A DNA stretch of 57,018 bases, counting the filler, from Sphacelaria rigidula (Eukaryota): the NCBI GenBank assembly GCA_964200075.2. It is 3 parts of 3 records of this genome, joined end to end, with 100 filler letters (N's around TTAATTAATTAA, not from the genome) between each part and the next. Parts side by side here need not be neighbours in the genome. Positions count along the whole stretch, not along the records: positions 38,088 to 57,018 come from CAXNAA020000762.1; 2 more parts are not named here. One strand, written 5' to 3'. The translations under genes were made by a program, and so were the position numbers. The notes below the pieces were generated by a model. It ran no database searches. It saw only the letters and a program-made list of their open reading frames with translations, and was not told the origin of the DNA. Numbering within the stretch: position 1 is the stretch's first letter; each line of letters opens with the position of its first letter. Below are positions 38,088 to 50,989 of the stretch, piece after piece.

Positions 38088-38480
38088 AACCACCCGTTTA
38101 TCTCCAGATGTTCTTCCTCGTCTACTTTGCGTCTCAGCGCTCCTTTTTCCCTTCTTTCGATCATATCCCTTACTTCGCCTTGTACCTCGCGGCTTCATCT
38201 ATGGACGGTATTTCGTCTTGGTTTCTGCTTATCTCCTTCCACACTTTCTCGACTTCTCTGTCCCACCTTATAGCACGCCCTATCGTACTTTTCTTGCATA
38301 TAGCCCTATCAAGTATAGCTGGCAACCTCTTTCTCTGCATGTTCTTTACGCTATACTGCCATCGCAATTTCCTCATGTCTCTTTTAAGTGAGTACATTCC
38401 CAACGCTGCTCTCGAAACTGTATTACTCGTCGTCTTCGAGCATCAAAGTATTTTCCTAGCTGCTGCCATCTGTCCTGCAT
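38088..38480 (-). mobile_element. LINE ORF2 C-terminal fragment (probably the same family as 29100-29830), inside an RNR intron
   Basis: Minus-strand peptide RAALGMYSLKRDMRKLRWQYSVKNMQRKRLPAILDRAI....AIRWDREVEKVWKEI. Confidence 0.75.
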
Positions 38481-38589
38481 GGGGGGGGGCGTACTCGTTT
38501 GGTGCTCGACCTCAGTCGTTTGACCATTGACCGCGCGTGGGGTCGGGGGGGATCAATAAAATAGAAAAAGATGGAAGCTCGAGACTCAC

Positions 38590-38678
38590 ATCTCCTGATG
38601 AATGGACTCCATAGCAATCTGGAATCCGTAGAAGCATCGAGCCTCCGGCAACTGCACCTCCTGACTAAATCTCTCCAC
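38590..38678 (-). CDS. RNR2: Ribonucleotide reductase small (beta/R2) subunit exon
   Basis: catgtag| [29 protein letters not shown](M) at|gtgagt; contains the ExxH iron-ligand motif. Confidence 0.92.
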
Positions 38679-39239
38679 CTACATGACCATCACAAGAGGG
38701 ATGGTAAACCGAAACCGCACACAACACATCGCTCACTAATGGTGTTGAGTACGCACGGACTGCGAATCGTGTACGACGTGAAGTGACTATTAATAATGTT
38801 ATACTTTCAGGCACACAAATGACTGGGGGTAAGAAGGGTGAATATTGGACATCAAAAGACCTACGCGAATAAATAAATAGAGGCACAGTTTTTACATCCA
38901 CACGCGCGAAGAACACAAAGCGAATTGGAACGAGGACAAAGGACACTCCTCACGACAGCAGCAGCTACGGCCTCTTTTCTCCTTCATACGCTTCACGTGT
39001 AATGCGGCATCTCAAAACTCCCCTTCCTCTTATTTCCGTATTTCTACATTTTGTGGAAATGTTGAGCGCACATGCCTAGAAGATGACGCGCCGAACCATG
39101 CGACACAGGCCTCGGGGTGCTCATGAGGCCATCTCAGGAAACGAACCATCATGAAGAGGAAGGTGGGCTCTACGATGTTGTGTGTACGTGACTCGCGGAG
39201 CGTTTTCGTCGATGCTCGAAATTTCCGTTCTCTCGCTGC

Positions 39240-39395
39240 CATGATAATGACGATACTAATCATGATTCTGATAAATAATGATGAACAATGACAAAATAAC
39301 AAAAATGACAATAATAATAATAATGATCATCATGATTATACTGTAGTCATAATAGTAATAATGATAAAAATAGTATCAATAGCAACAACAATTGC
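39240..39395. repeat. Degenerate (AAT/GAT)n trinucleotide microsatellite
   Basis: gataatgacgatactaatcatg...aataataataataatgatcatcatg... Confidence 0.7.
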
Positions 39396-39548
39396 AAAAA
39401 ACAGTAATTTCCGCACACAAGCCCGATCTCTCGAAGCCGTGGTCACACAGCCGCAGTCTTCCCGATCCAGTACCGCCACTATTATTTCTTGCGTGAGCTA
39501 AAAGCGCCTATCCTCCAAGACAATATACAGGCGCAATACATAGCTCAC

Positions 39549-39650
39549 CAAATTCTCCATCACGATTCCGTCGCTAGCCGCAAAGAACGCCAGCACCATC
39601 GAGATAAAGTGGCGCTCGTTATCCGTCAGAGCCTCCCAATCCCGGGCGTC
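39549..39650 (-). CDS. RNR2: Ribonucleotide reductase small subunit exon
   Basis: cggtag| [34 protein letters not shown] |gtgagc; signature [15 protein letters not shown]. Confidence 0.95.
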
Positions 39651-40494
39651 CTACCGACCAACGAAAATATGCGACAAGCCCCCCCCACCCCCCGCCACCA
39701 ACCCGCAAAATAAAAAAATAAAACGGCGGAGAAATATTAGAACTACTCGTACGGACGTTGAATCGGCACGCCATGCGTGTATAAACCGTGTATGGACAAT
39801 GCGTGCACAGCGAAAACGGGCACCCAGAGCCGGAGTTCATGGGAGTAGAGCAGCGCGCGCCAAGGTGATAGCCGGCTTTAAGTGGGTCCAACCGTCCCAC
39901 TGCAGTTAACGAAGCTTTTTCGAACACTCGAGGCGCCTACCCCACATGGCTGCCACGAGGCGGTTTAGCCGAGCCTCTGGACAACCGGCACACGACCCCG
40001 TTCGTGGGGTAAGTGTTGGGTGAGGTTTCCTTCTTCCTTCAAGGATAAGACAAGAAAAAAAAGCGAAGGCGCCAAGTTACGATTATTGTTTCCTTTCAAG
40101 GGGGGGGGCATGTGAACCTAACGACAGATCATGCTTTCCCCTACTATTATAGTAGGATTAGGAAAAAACAAATATACCATACCCTGGACAATGGATTATC
40201 TTGTCTGTTGCAGTAGGCACAACAGTCGATACTACACTTTTTGACTGTGTATTATTTTGTCTCAGGGTATGAAATATGTACAGAAGGCATCGACACGTTT
40301 GCTGCAAACCGTGCACGAGGCGTGTTGCGGGGAAAAGTGCCAAGTTCGCAGCAACAGCTACAACAGTAGTGGCTCGGGTCAAAGACAATGAGCACAAAGT
40401 TCTTCGTGAAAATGAACGTCATGACACCCAGAAAGACATATATACACATGGAGATAAACCAAGTGAATCCTTTCGGGACCGACTGACGATTTTT

Positions 40495-42157
40495 GTACGG
40501 TTGTGCTCTGTAAGGTACGGGTACGTTCTGTAGGGCATGAGATCCTTACAGAACTTACAGAACTGTCGGGTACCGGTATGAAGGCCTTACAGAGCTTACA
40601 GAACCGTCGGGTACGGTATGAGAGGCTTACAGAAAACCGGTACCGGCGATCGGGGAACTCTTTTAGGGCATACTCGCCCCTCTGGTTAAGGTAAATATTG
40701 TGTACAAAACTCACACCACTGTCGGGTAAGGGTATGGGAGGCTTACAGAACTCACAGAAACTGTCGGGTAGGGTCATGAGGTTGCACAGAAAACCGTACC
40801 CGCAACCGGGTATCTTATCAAGAGTATACCCGTACTCCCCGGTAACGGTACGGGAGGCTCACAGAACTGACTGAACTGTCGGGTATGGTAAATACCCGGC
40901 AAAATACCCCGGGAATACAAAATACCGTAATCGACAAAACACGACCTTGGTGTGATCATCCCGTGGTGGGACCTACGTCACTACAACAGTGGCGAAATAC
41001 AGATGGCACTTCACGAAACGCTGAAGGGCTTCACGGGCTTGACGGAGAAAGACTACACGAACAATCGCAGTAGTACATGTGCACGGGATCGTCAACATCT
41101 ATCGGCTTCACGTACACTCCCAGAGAATACATGAAGGAGCACTCACGGCTGCCGGTTCTCTGGAAGCCCTTCGACACGCGACAAAATCGCCGACGGTCTT
41201 GACGACTTTCCATGGCAGCTCATACTCTGTGCTGTACATGTCGATAACGGCCTGGGGTTTGATGACCACGACACAACCACCATCAACGTCGATGACGTGC
41301 GCCTTGCTACTTGATCCTCTAGTGGCGCTGATGAACCACCCCCGCTCGAGCCACCACTCGAGTCTGGGGGTGATCCACCCTGACGGTCTGCAGGGCTGCT
41401 CATGTTTCGTGTTTCCACTCAGCGGTACCTCGTATTCCGTCAGATCCCAAACTAGAGAACTTTCAACCATTGTATTATTGTTGGTGTGCAGTTTTGAACG
41501 ACGGAGTTGGGTGGGTTGATCAATGGGAGGTACATGTTCAAGTCATGAGGTTGTGTTTAGATTGAACCTAAATCCGTACCCCCCAAAGGTATACAGCTGT
41601 GCAGATACCTGCAATAGGGTGTATCTATAACAATACCCTAACCCCGGGTGGGGGTAAGGAAGGCTTACAGAGCTCAGGGAACTGTCGGGTACCGGTACTG
41701 GATGAAAGTCTTACAAAAATTACAGAACTTGTCGCATACGGTATGGGAGGCTTACAGAGAACCGGTACCGGCAATCGGGTATTCTTGAAAAGCATACCCG
41801 CGCTCCGGGCACGGGTAAACATTCTGTACAGAACCCACAAAACTGCCGGGTAAGGGTATAGGAGGCTGACCGAACTCACAGAAACTGTTGGGTAGGGTCA
41901 TGAGGTTGCACACAAACACTTACCCGCAATCAGGTATCCTATCAAGAGCGTACCCGTGCCCTCCGGTAACGGTACGGGAGAATTACAGAGATTAATGAAC
42001 TATCGGGTAAGGGTATGAAGGTCTTACAGAGATTACACACCTGTCGGGGTACCGGTATGAAGGCCTTATAGAAGTCACAGAACTGTCGGGTGCGGTAAAT
42101 ACCCGGCAACATACCCCGGGTATACAGAAAACCGTACCCTGCAGAACACGACCTTGG
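40495..42157. repeat. Two blocks (40495-40950, ~41575-42157) of a ~35-bp minisatellite-like repeat element
   Basis: The unit tacagaact(c/t)acagaa(a)ctgtcgggta..ggtatg is reiterated, and both blocks end in aacacgaccttgg. Confidence 0.8.
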
Positions 42158-42310
42158 ATTTTGGTTTTCGTGAATCGGCATCATTTTGACTTGAAAGTGA
42201 CTGAAAATGATGCCGATTCACAAAAATAATAATCGTCAACGGGTTCCAAAAGGGTTAAACTTCATCAAAGAGAAACCACAAATGGCGCATCGATCACAGC
42301 CCATCCTTAC

Positions 42311-42973
42311 CTGACTTAGATCCACCTCCTCCACCGTCCAAAAACTGGCCTTCGCCTTCTTGTACATCTCCCACAAGCCGGGGTGCTGGATCGGAAACAG
42401 TACAAACCTCGACGGGTCTTTACGGCAAATCGGCTCCACAAACGCCTCCATCTCCGCCTTTTTCGCAACAAGCGCCGCACGCGCTTGCTCCGCAGCTGCC
42501 GCCGCGGCCAACCCAACCCCCCCGTCGACGTCCACCCCAGCCCCTGTTCCTCCTCCGAAAACGTCTTCGAGGTCATCACCCAACGACCGACCTACATCGT
42601 TCTCGGATACCTCGGGAGATGTCCTCTTCTGCTCGAAAAACGTTCCGACTTGCTCTAGTTGTTCTACCGCTGCTGCTGCCGATGAGCTTGCCTTTTTCCG
42701 GCGTGTTTTGCCGATGGCTGCTCGTGAAACCCCCGCTGCCACCCTCTCCGCAGCGGCTTCCATCGAGTCATTGCCCATTGCTCCCATCCGCAAGCCGCCG
42801 TCATTGCCGTCGCGTTCTCCGCCGGTCTTAGCTTTTACGCCGCTACTTCGTGGTGCTTGTACCCAGCGGTTGTGTTGATCAGAGGTCGGCATGGCGGGTG
42901 TGGGGGGTGTATGTGATGGGGGTAGAGGGCCTGCTGTCGCCACGCCGCCATCCTCTGTACTTGCTTGACGGGC
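42311..42973 (-). CDS. RNR2: Ribonucleotide reductase small subunit exon (long low-complexity extension plus start of conserved domain)
   Basis: C-tract + ccaatag| acceptor; 221 open codons ending [42 protein letters not shown]; cag|gtaagg donor. Confidence 0.92.
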
Positions 42974-43232
42974 CTATTGGACGGGGGGGGGGGGGGGAAG
43001 GGGGTGTACTCATTATCATGCATGCCATAGTCACATGGCCATTGACCTCCTATCCCTACAAAGCCGGGACGGAGCACGCCGGGTTTTTGCCGGACCAGGC
43101 TCGCAATCAATCACCAAGCGCGGAGCGCCGTGGTGTGTTCAGCGAGTCGCATGAAGGGTGAGCTGCATTCTGCTAAGATTGTTCCACCCCAAGCCTACTG
43201 ATAATCTTGCATTTGGATGACAGCCTACAATG

Positions 43233-43589
43233 TAGAGCTCGGAAATTGTACTAGTTATAACTGGCGATTATCATCATAATCGTAATAATGGTAATGGTTG
43301 TATGAAAAATTTGGATAATGGTTACAAACAATTATTTACCGTTACCGGCTACGTCTGCTACACACAGCCCTTGAAAATTGGTCCAAATTGAACGTACTTT
43401 TTAGCTCTCGTGAAGCCAAATCGTGTAACAACGTGCCTCCGGTGGGGTCCCCTCTACCGGGGGGGCTCTTCGGCTCGCGGCTGCGCCGCTCGATGACCAA
43501 ACCATTATGTACCATTCAAGTACTTACTGAGTGCGCTACGCGTAACCGCCCAACTGGTTGATGGTTAGACAAACCATTTCCGAGCTCTA
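43233..43589. mobile_element. hAT-type MITE, 357 bp
   Basis: 14-bp TIR tagagctcggaaat / atttccgagctcta and a perfect 8-bp TSD ctacaatg (43225-43232, 43590-43597). Confidence 0.92.
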
Positions 43590-46500
43590 CTACAATGAGT
43601 TGCTCTATTTTCTGATATCGCCACTTCCAGAGACAGTCACGGCATATACACCACCTCACGCGGGAGGAAAGGGAATTTAATACTTCGCACGGTGAGTGAC
43701 GTGAGTATTGAGACCAGCTGACGGAAAATGACAATTTCGACGCGGGTAGCGTATGACTTCATTTGCGGTATGCGGCGATGGACAACAATCCCCCTTTATA
43801 GGATAAAGGATAACACGAGACGTCGTAGTCTCGTCCTTTTATCCAAGGAGATGGATAAGGGGGGGGGAGGACGAGGAGGAAAATACGGGTCACAAAGTAG
43901 TCTCGCCGAAACGTCTTGATATGCTGCTGCGACCGGAATGCATGTGCAGCTGGATGTCAGAGCTTTTATCTCCAGAAGAGTATTTCTGAAAAATGATACG
44001 CGATGAGAATGGGCAGCAGCACACATGCGTACCGTCAACATTGCCCTCATACAAGTAGCTAGCCCTTGGGGCTTGAAAAATCGCTACTCAGGGGCGACTT
44101 CTTCAGGTGTGCGTGTGTGTGGGGGGTGATGTATAACGTATTTTGGTATGGTTCCCGTATATAACCGAGAATTCATTGCTGGGGGGTGGTATCAGAGGGT
44201 TGATGTAAGATATACCGGTGATACCCGAATCGGTGGTATGCACTACATGTAGCACAGCCACCAGCAGATCGTACAACACAGCACGCGTCAGTGTCGCGCT
44301 AGACGACGTTCGATTACAGTGAGCATATTACCAGCTCCACCACTACCAATCTGCCACACCCTGGTGTATGTTGAAAGATAACACTGTAAAAAAAATGTGT
44401 ACTCCATGCAATATCGACCGTCACGTCTATTACAATATAGACAATAGATTACATACTGTACGCAGTAAACTTCAGGGCAATGAAATCTTTTGTCCAGGGT
44501 GTGCAATTTCATCAATTTTGTCCCACTGAATGTTTGACAAGACGGAAGAGCAGTGCAAATATGTAGCGAATCCCGGATCGAGGGTCGACTCCATCAAGCA
44601 TTCTCCTGTTCCATGCTGCAACTGAACAAATCTGAACGCCTCCGCGACGCTGATGAAAGCTCCACAAACGCCGTGCGCAACGCCATAGCAGCTTCGCTTT
44701 GTTCTACAGAGTATCTACGATGTCCATGAAAAAATCAATCTTGAGGCTCTTGGTGTCTTGGGAAAGAGTGCTGGGGGATACCGCTCCGTAATCTCAGATC
44801 ATTTGATGAATTTACAGACGATACACTGAGAGCAAGTGTACAAGATAGCCCCCCAATTTGCACAATTGATCACTGGATAATACAATGTCGCCAGAAATGA
44901 CGCTTACGATGATCATGTGGCTGTGAGACTTCCGAGGCATATCCTTGCTCGTCGTGTCAGCTCTTCATCAACTCGCGCTTGACTTTAATCGGGACGATAC
45001 GGTACCGGGCAATCACGCTCTTTCAGCTGGACACCAAAGGTTCGAAAGCAGGCAAACCTTTCCATACGTGAACGTCACTAAACCAGGATTTGTTCGTGCT
45101 TCCGTGTGCATGTGAGGATATTTGGACCACGACAGCCCCCTGGAAACATACGCCCCACGATATGGGCCGCGCGCACATATTCGCCACCGTTGAAACCGAA
45201 TTTTGAAGTGTGTTGGACTGTCATCCGTTGCATGCGCATCATAGAGATTTGAAAAGTTAAACGCGGTACTGTCCGAGCTGTGTTGCATACAATATCGGCC
45301 ACTTCTCGCCTGCTCGGAGCACACGTTGGGCCGTGTTATATGGAGACCAAAACAACAAGAGGGGAAGAGAACAAGCGTCCAGATACACAAGTTGGTGGAT
45401 CATTGGGCGGGGCTATGGCTGGGGCGACAAATCAACATGCTGCTTTTGGAGGCATGTTCCTTTCCCCCCCTTCATGTTTTGGTCTCCGTCAGACACGGCC
45501 TTACCTTTGCTACACTCCATATGGAACGGCCAACAAAATAGGGTCGCTGCAAAAAGGGTCTCGTTTCAGTACGAGAAACAGTGGGAAATGGTGGTGCACT
45601 GTAGCAGAGTGAATGATGACGTATGACATATTCTTCACGACGTCTAGCCCGAACGCCCACCGGAAAAAGCGCTTTCAAAGGGGCAAATCGACGGTACCGT
45701 TGTGGGGCTAGAGATGTAAGGAACACATTACACCTGACTTTATTCTCATTTTCAAATGAATGCGCTCAAAAATAGAAGGTGGCGATGCGATGATTTCGCT
45801 CCGTTTTCGTCAGGCAACTTTGGTGAGACATGTTTTTGTCATCCCTTTTTTTTTAATGAAGGATACACGCGCGCAAAAAGTGCGAAGCCCGCGGTAAAAG
45901 TTGATTACTTCACAGCCAAGGACACCGTGTTAACCAAGACCACTAGCCTTCACGGGATGAGTTCATCACTACCAACCGTGCCGACTAGCGAGCGGTGCTC
46001 AAGCTGTGTTGGATGTGGGAATGAGTGCCGTGTGTCGGTTTTTTTTCCCACACTTTAAACCCCTCCTCTTCCTCGGGATGAGTATGTGGTCTCAAGAGAT
46101 CAATCCCTCTCTCCCTCGCTACGCGCCTTTCATTTTGGTATCACGAATTGGGTCAGCACTCCCGCACCGCGTCAACTCACGTCAAACAAACCTAGTCGAC
46201 TACTTTGGTACGGAATGAAAAGCGAAATACACCCAGATACATGGACTGTGGTCAAGCACAGCGTACTCAGGAGGCACAGGATTGTTATTGATTTCACATT
46301 AAAAACCGTTTCGATATCTGCCCAGTACTCTGTACTGGGCATCTGATGCGGACGCCTTCTGTGGTCACAGGCAAACTACCCCAAAATAGGGTACAGGGCA
46401 TGCACAGAAAATGCCCTGCCCTAGTTCAACCGCCCCACGGCTTTCCGCAAACGAGCAAGTACCACGTCTGGTTTGACGGCAATCGGTTCAGCATTTCAGG

Positions 46501-47642
46501 AGTTGAGATAGTTCGGGTGAGCTGCTAGGACAGAGCGAATTGCTGCCTTTCCGCTGACTGTACGATATCCTGTGTTATACGTACCGTCGCAACAATGGAA
46601 GTGCTACGAACAAGCGTGGCGGCACTCATCACTCATCAGATCACCTTTGGGTTGATGAGTGATGCAGATGCAACCGACAAAAAGTGTCAGCCAACCTTTC
46701 GCTTCGTCTTTGAGAGCTTCAACTCTTAGACGGCGAACCTCCCTCAGATGGACCCCGATAGACTATGCCACACTTGATGAACGGCTCTCTTCTCTCTACA
46801 CAAAACACTTTTTTCGTGCAACGTGTGAATTTTGGGGGATATATGAAGAAAAATGTACCGGAGAACTCCTGACCGGTCTTGATCCTGCAGTCACTGCGTG
46901 GAGAGTATGTGTGCTGTATGTCTTTGCTGGATACAACGGCAACAGTCAGCGTGTCATCGCTCTCCACTGAACACAGTCTAATGTATGCCGCTAATGTCTC
47001 TGCCTGGTGTCCCACAGCAACACTTTAGACAGTGCAAAGCTATGCCGGCAACGCATGAGGGCTCAGGAAGGCGGCAAAGATCACGACCAGAGTGACAGAC
47101 ACGTAACTTGTCTCATGTCATGTGTGATTGATATGCGATGACCGAAATGAGAAATACGCCGAGACAGCGAGGTAGTCCATCTGTAATCCATCTGTGGGGA
47201 ACAGCGTGACCACTGTTACAGCCCCGATTGGTCGAAATGGTCACTCAGCTTTTTTCCGACCTCGTTCCTGGCTCATACCTTCGCGTGGGAAACTTTTAAG
47301 CATATTTGACTTGGTGACCTTTTCGGCTGTTCTGTGAACAGGCTCCTACCCCCGTCACCTGGATCCCCAGGATGTCCCTGGAATGTCAGCCTATAAAACT
47401 GTTCCGAGGCGACGCTCGCGGTCAACGGTTAACTGGGGTAAGCTGCCAGTAGTGCACCGGAGTATTTTGGTACTTGTTGCGTTGGACGACAAAGGGTGTG
47501 CTGTTGGAGCAGCTGGATTGCACTGAGCCTGATGGGTAGGGTAGGGTCCGGCGTCGTAAAGCAACGAAAATGTGTTGTACCGCGTTTTCGTCGTACTCAA
47601 TGCTTTTCAAGCCGAATTATCAATAAAAAATCACGTCCAAAG

Positions 47643-48951
47643 TAGAGATGTGCTCCGCTCCGTCCACTCAGGATATCCCTTCCGTTTGAAAAAAAAGCCG
47701 CGGATTAATCCGTTTTTTATCCGGATAACGTGTGACGTGGGAAATCCGAAATCCGGCCACTCCTGCAGCTCACAACCCGGATAAAGGCATCCCAAAAGCC
47801 CCACCAAGCCTCAACTCCCGTCGCCCCCATCCAGGATAGTCGTGGTGGTAGGATCTTTTGACATTGCGGTGGAACCTGCTGTGGCCATCAACGAGAACCT
47901 GCTCAAGTGGTGGCTGCTGAATGCGCACAAGTACCCACTAATTGTGCATGTCGCTAGGAACGTACTGGCTTTTCCGGCATCGTCAGGCCCTTCAGAGCGA
48001 GTGTTCTCGTAGAGTGTGCTTGTCATGACGCAACGAAGGAACAGACTCAAGCCATAACGGCTTGAGACGCTGATGTTTCTGAAGGGTTCTTAGGAGGGGG
48101 GCGAGAGGCTTACTCGGTCAGCAGTCAATCGGAAATACATTTACAGAATCGTTGCTACGAGTAGATGGTCGTGAGTTCGTAAAATGTGTGCTTGCGGGAA
48201 GAGACGGAGCAGTCGATGTAGTTGGCCATGGAGCATATATAACATGTGCTGTGGTTTGTAGTTTGTAGTAGCCTTGCGAAAGTTGCGTGTCGTGCTCGGA
48301 CTTGGTTTTCCCGATTAAACAACGTTTTCGTGAGATTGAGACTAAAGCGCTGATTGAGAGGGGCTTTGATCATTTGCTTCAACTTGATCAATTTTTCATC
48401 CCGTTTGTGCTCTTCTTTATCTTCATCACTGGCGTGTGCTCATAGTTAAACGTCGATACCCTAATCAGGGATATCAAGGGCCTCAGTGACAAGCTACTAC
48501 AGAAGGCATATTGGGCCTCGTGGAGGGGCATTTCGGAACTGAAACGATTCATTCCCAATTTGACCGCTTGTCACTCTCAAGCGCATCCTCTCCTCTCCTC
48601 TTGACCTTACGAAAGCGTGGTTATTACCAGCCGTGGAAAAGGCGTTCATCCTTGCACACCGCTAGTACAGTGCGTGGATAACGACGACAACCTTTCTAAT
48701 TTCAATCTTCATTTGATTTGTGCACCTAGCTCATGATACGTGACCCAAGGGGCCACTGCCTCTTTCAGGCATGCGCAGCATGAATGTGGGGAGGTTTGAG
48801 GAGTGTCCATCGCTCGGTATCCTCGAAATCCGTCTGCAAATCGGATATCCGGATATCCGCCACTTTTTTCAATCCGCGGATTGATCCGGATAAGACTGCC
48901 CGGAATCCGAAGTCCGCTCCGTTTGAAAATTTTCAACAGAGCACAACTCTA
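47643..48951 (+). mobile_element. hAT transposon deletion derivative with hATC dimerisation-domain remnant (47881-48093)
   Basis: TIR tagagatgtgctc / gagcacaactcta; TSD gtccaaag / gtccgaag (7/8); peptide LLKWWLLNAHKYPLIVHVARNVLAFPASSGPSERVFS*...RRNRLKP*RLETLMFLK; subterminal atccg repeats. Confidence 0.88.
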
Positions 48952-50210
48952 GTCCGAAGTCGTCGACATCTTGCTGATAGGTAGGGACAAGGGTGGCCTG
49001 CTGTGTGGCGGCAGATGGTTCTTGGATTGGATTTCCATCAACATCCATGCAGAGAAACGATCATCTATTGGGGAAAAGGACAATAAAGCATGACCAAAGT
49101 TATGATTTTCTGGTCAGCAAAGTAAAGAACGGATTTTGGAAAGGACGGCAGAGAACGTATTCTATTTGGGCTTTTGTTTTTTGTGCCTTCGCATACAGTA
49201 GTCAGCGTCAGGAGTAATCAGAATGCGTAGTTTCTTACTTTCTCAAAGATTGTCCAAATTTGTTCTGCTTGCCAACACTCATCACAGCGACTGTTGGATG
49301 CCAAAAAATGGACATCCGGAGATGTTTTATACCTCTTGACAAATGTTGAAAAAAATTGTCTGCGATCAATAATGAGTGACTTATGGGCTTGACCGATCTT
49401 CGGGGGTCCTGTGAAAATGAGACCCCACGCCCTAGCTTTTCGGTATTTTCGGTGGACCGGCTCGATCCGGAGCAAATAAACGAAGACTCAAAAAGGACTG
49501 TTTTTTTTAATTCCACCTGGTCACTGCGCACAAACAGGAAAACTATGTTACTTGGACTATTTACGGTCAATAACACCCTCCTGATAAACGGGGTCTTTTA
49601 CCGGTATCGCCCCCACAACACCAACTTGAGCGATTGTGATTTAAGCACGGTTTGTTTTTTGTGCCAAAACTATCGACGCTAGCACTTTCGNNNNNNNNNN
49701 CACTTTCGAGTGCTCATGGAAAATGTTATGCGAAAACCCCCCGAAAATAGGCCATCCGCAGAAAATGCTAGACTGAGGTCTGAGCAGTATAGGAGGGAAA
49801 AACGATTTCGATCGTCCTTGTCAAGAATTTCAAAAGTGTTAATTCATCTGAACATTTACCGTTTCGTCGCTGAAGAGCGGGAAAACTGCTAATATTGGAA
49901 CAAAAACGGCCAATAACACCCTGCTGATAAACGGGGTATCAAGTCCGTATCGCCCCCAAAACACCAACGTGAGCACTGCAGTTTGACCGCGGCCTACGCT
50001 TGCTCTCTAAATCTACCGGCGCTAGCGCTTTAAAGTAGTAGCGAAGAACGGTATTCCAGAAAAACTCAGAAAAAAAGGACGACTACGACTCCTGAAAACT
50101 TCTGATACTGACTACCATAGTTCGCATAAAATTGATGCGTTCTTGTTTTCGGCCTTCTATACTAAAACCAAGTAGTTGTAACGCCTCGGGTGGGATTTTT
50201 GCTTCAAAAT

Positions 50211-50402
50211 GAGACCCCTGTTGAACAAGACGTACATGTCTTTGAAAAAGCGCGTGAAAAGCGAAAGCAAAAATCTGTCGACGTTTTAGAGTAGAGGGTA
50301 TTAAACGAGACCCCTGTTGAACAAGACGTACATACATGTCTTTGAAAAAGCGCGTGAAAAGCGAAAGCAAAAATCTGTCCACGTTTTAGAGTAGAGGGTA
50401 TT
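50211..50402. repeat. Tandem ~95-bp duplication
   Basis: gagacccctgttgaacaagacgtacat...acgttttagagtagagggtatt is present twice, head to tail. Confidence 0.9.
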
Positions 50403-50989
50403 GGTTGGAAGTCGGCCATGTTATCCTGTGTCACCCACACAGTCAGTACCCCATTCAATGTACAACAACGTTATCTGCCTTCGGTTTTAGATATAGCTGC
50501 GTCTGCGATATCTGACAACCGCACACCATCTTCCAATGCTGTTCCGGAAAAAAATCTGGCGGGTGAGAGATCATCAGTTCAGGAACGCGGAGAGCATGGC
50601 ACGTGTCGGATCGGCGGAGAGAATGGCGCTCTGGGCTACTCGACGAAGAAGCTTGCTCCCCGCCCACCTGACCCGCCGGAAACACGGTACCCCGGAAGTC
50701 ATGGCACCAACCTCGACATGATGGCGCCATCGCAAGCGAGCCTACCCCCAGCAGCGTCTATGCTCGATGGCGAGCATGCAATTCGCCGACGCGCACCCAC
50801 CGCCACAGGCCGCAGAAGGCGCAACGGCACACATGTGTACGCAATATTGACTGTACAGTAAATGCTGCGGTTTCTTTCCACATGATACAGCTGTGCATCC
50901 GTTCAAACTATAGACTCAAGATCACCCAAGATACCCGACAATGGTACGAACACAGACAGCACCTGCTGGACGTGCAACCCTAGCAATAC

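Noticed and set aside
40510..42150. CRISPR-like regular repeats
   Set aside because: Units are degenerate and contiguous, with no unique spacers and no cas genes; eukaryotic minisatellite-type repeat.
26537..42973. Endogenous giant-virus segment suggested by co-occurrence of FNIP, RNR small subunit and RING genes
   Set aside because: The genes have long spliceosomal introns and low density, and no viral hallmark gene (capsid, polB, packaging ATPase) is seen.
45100..45260. TYSPPLKPNFEVCW resembling the Tc1/IS630 YSPDLNPIE motif
   Set aside because: Single weak motif without the other catalytic motifs or TIRs.
49683..49708. cactttcg direct repeat flanking a 10-N gap
   Set aside because: Most likely a contig-overlap artefact, not a TSD.
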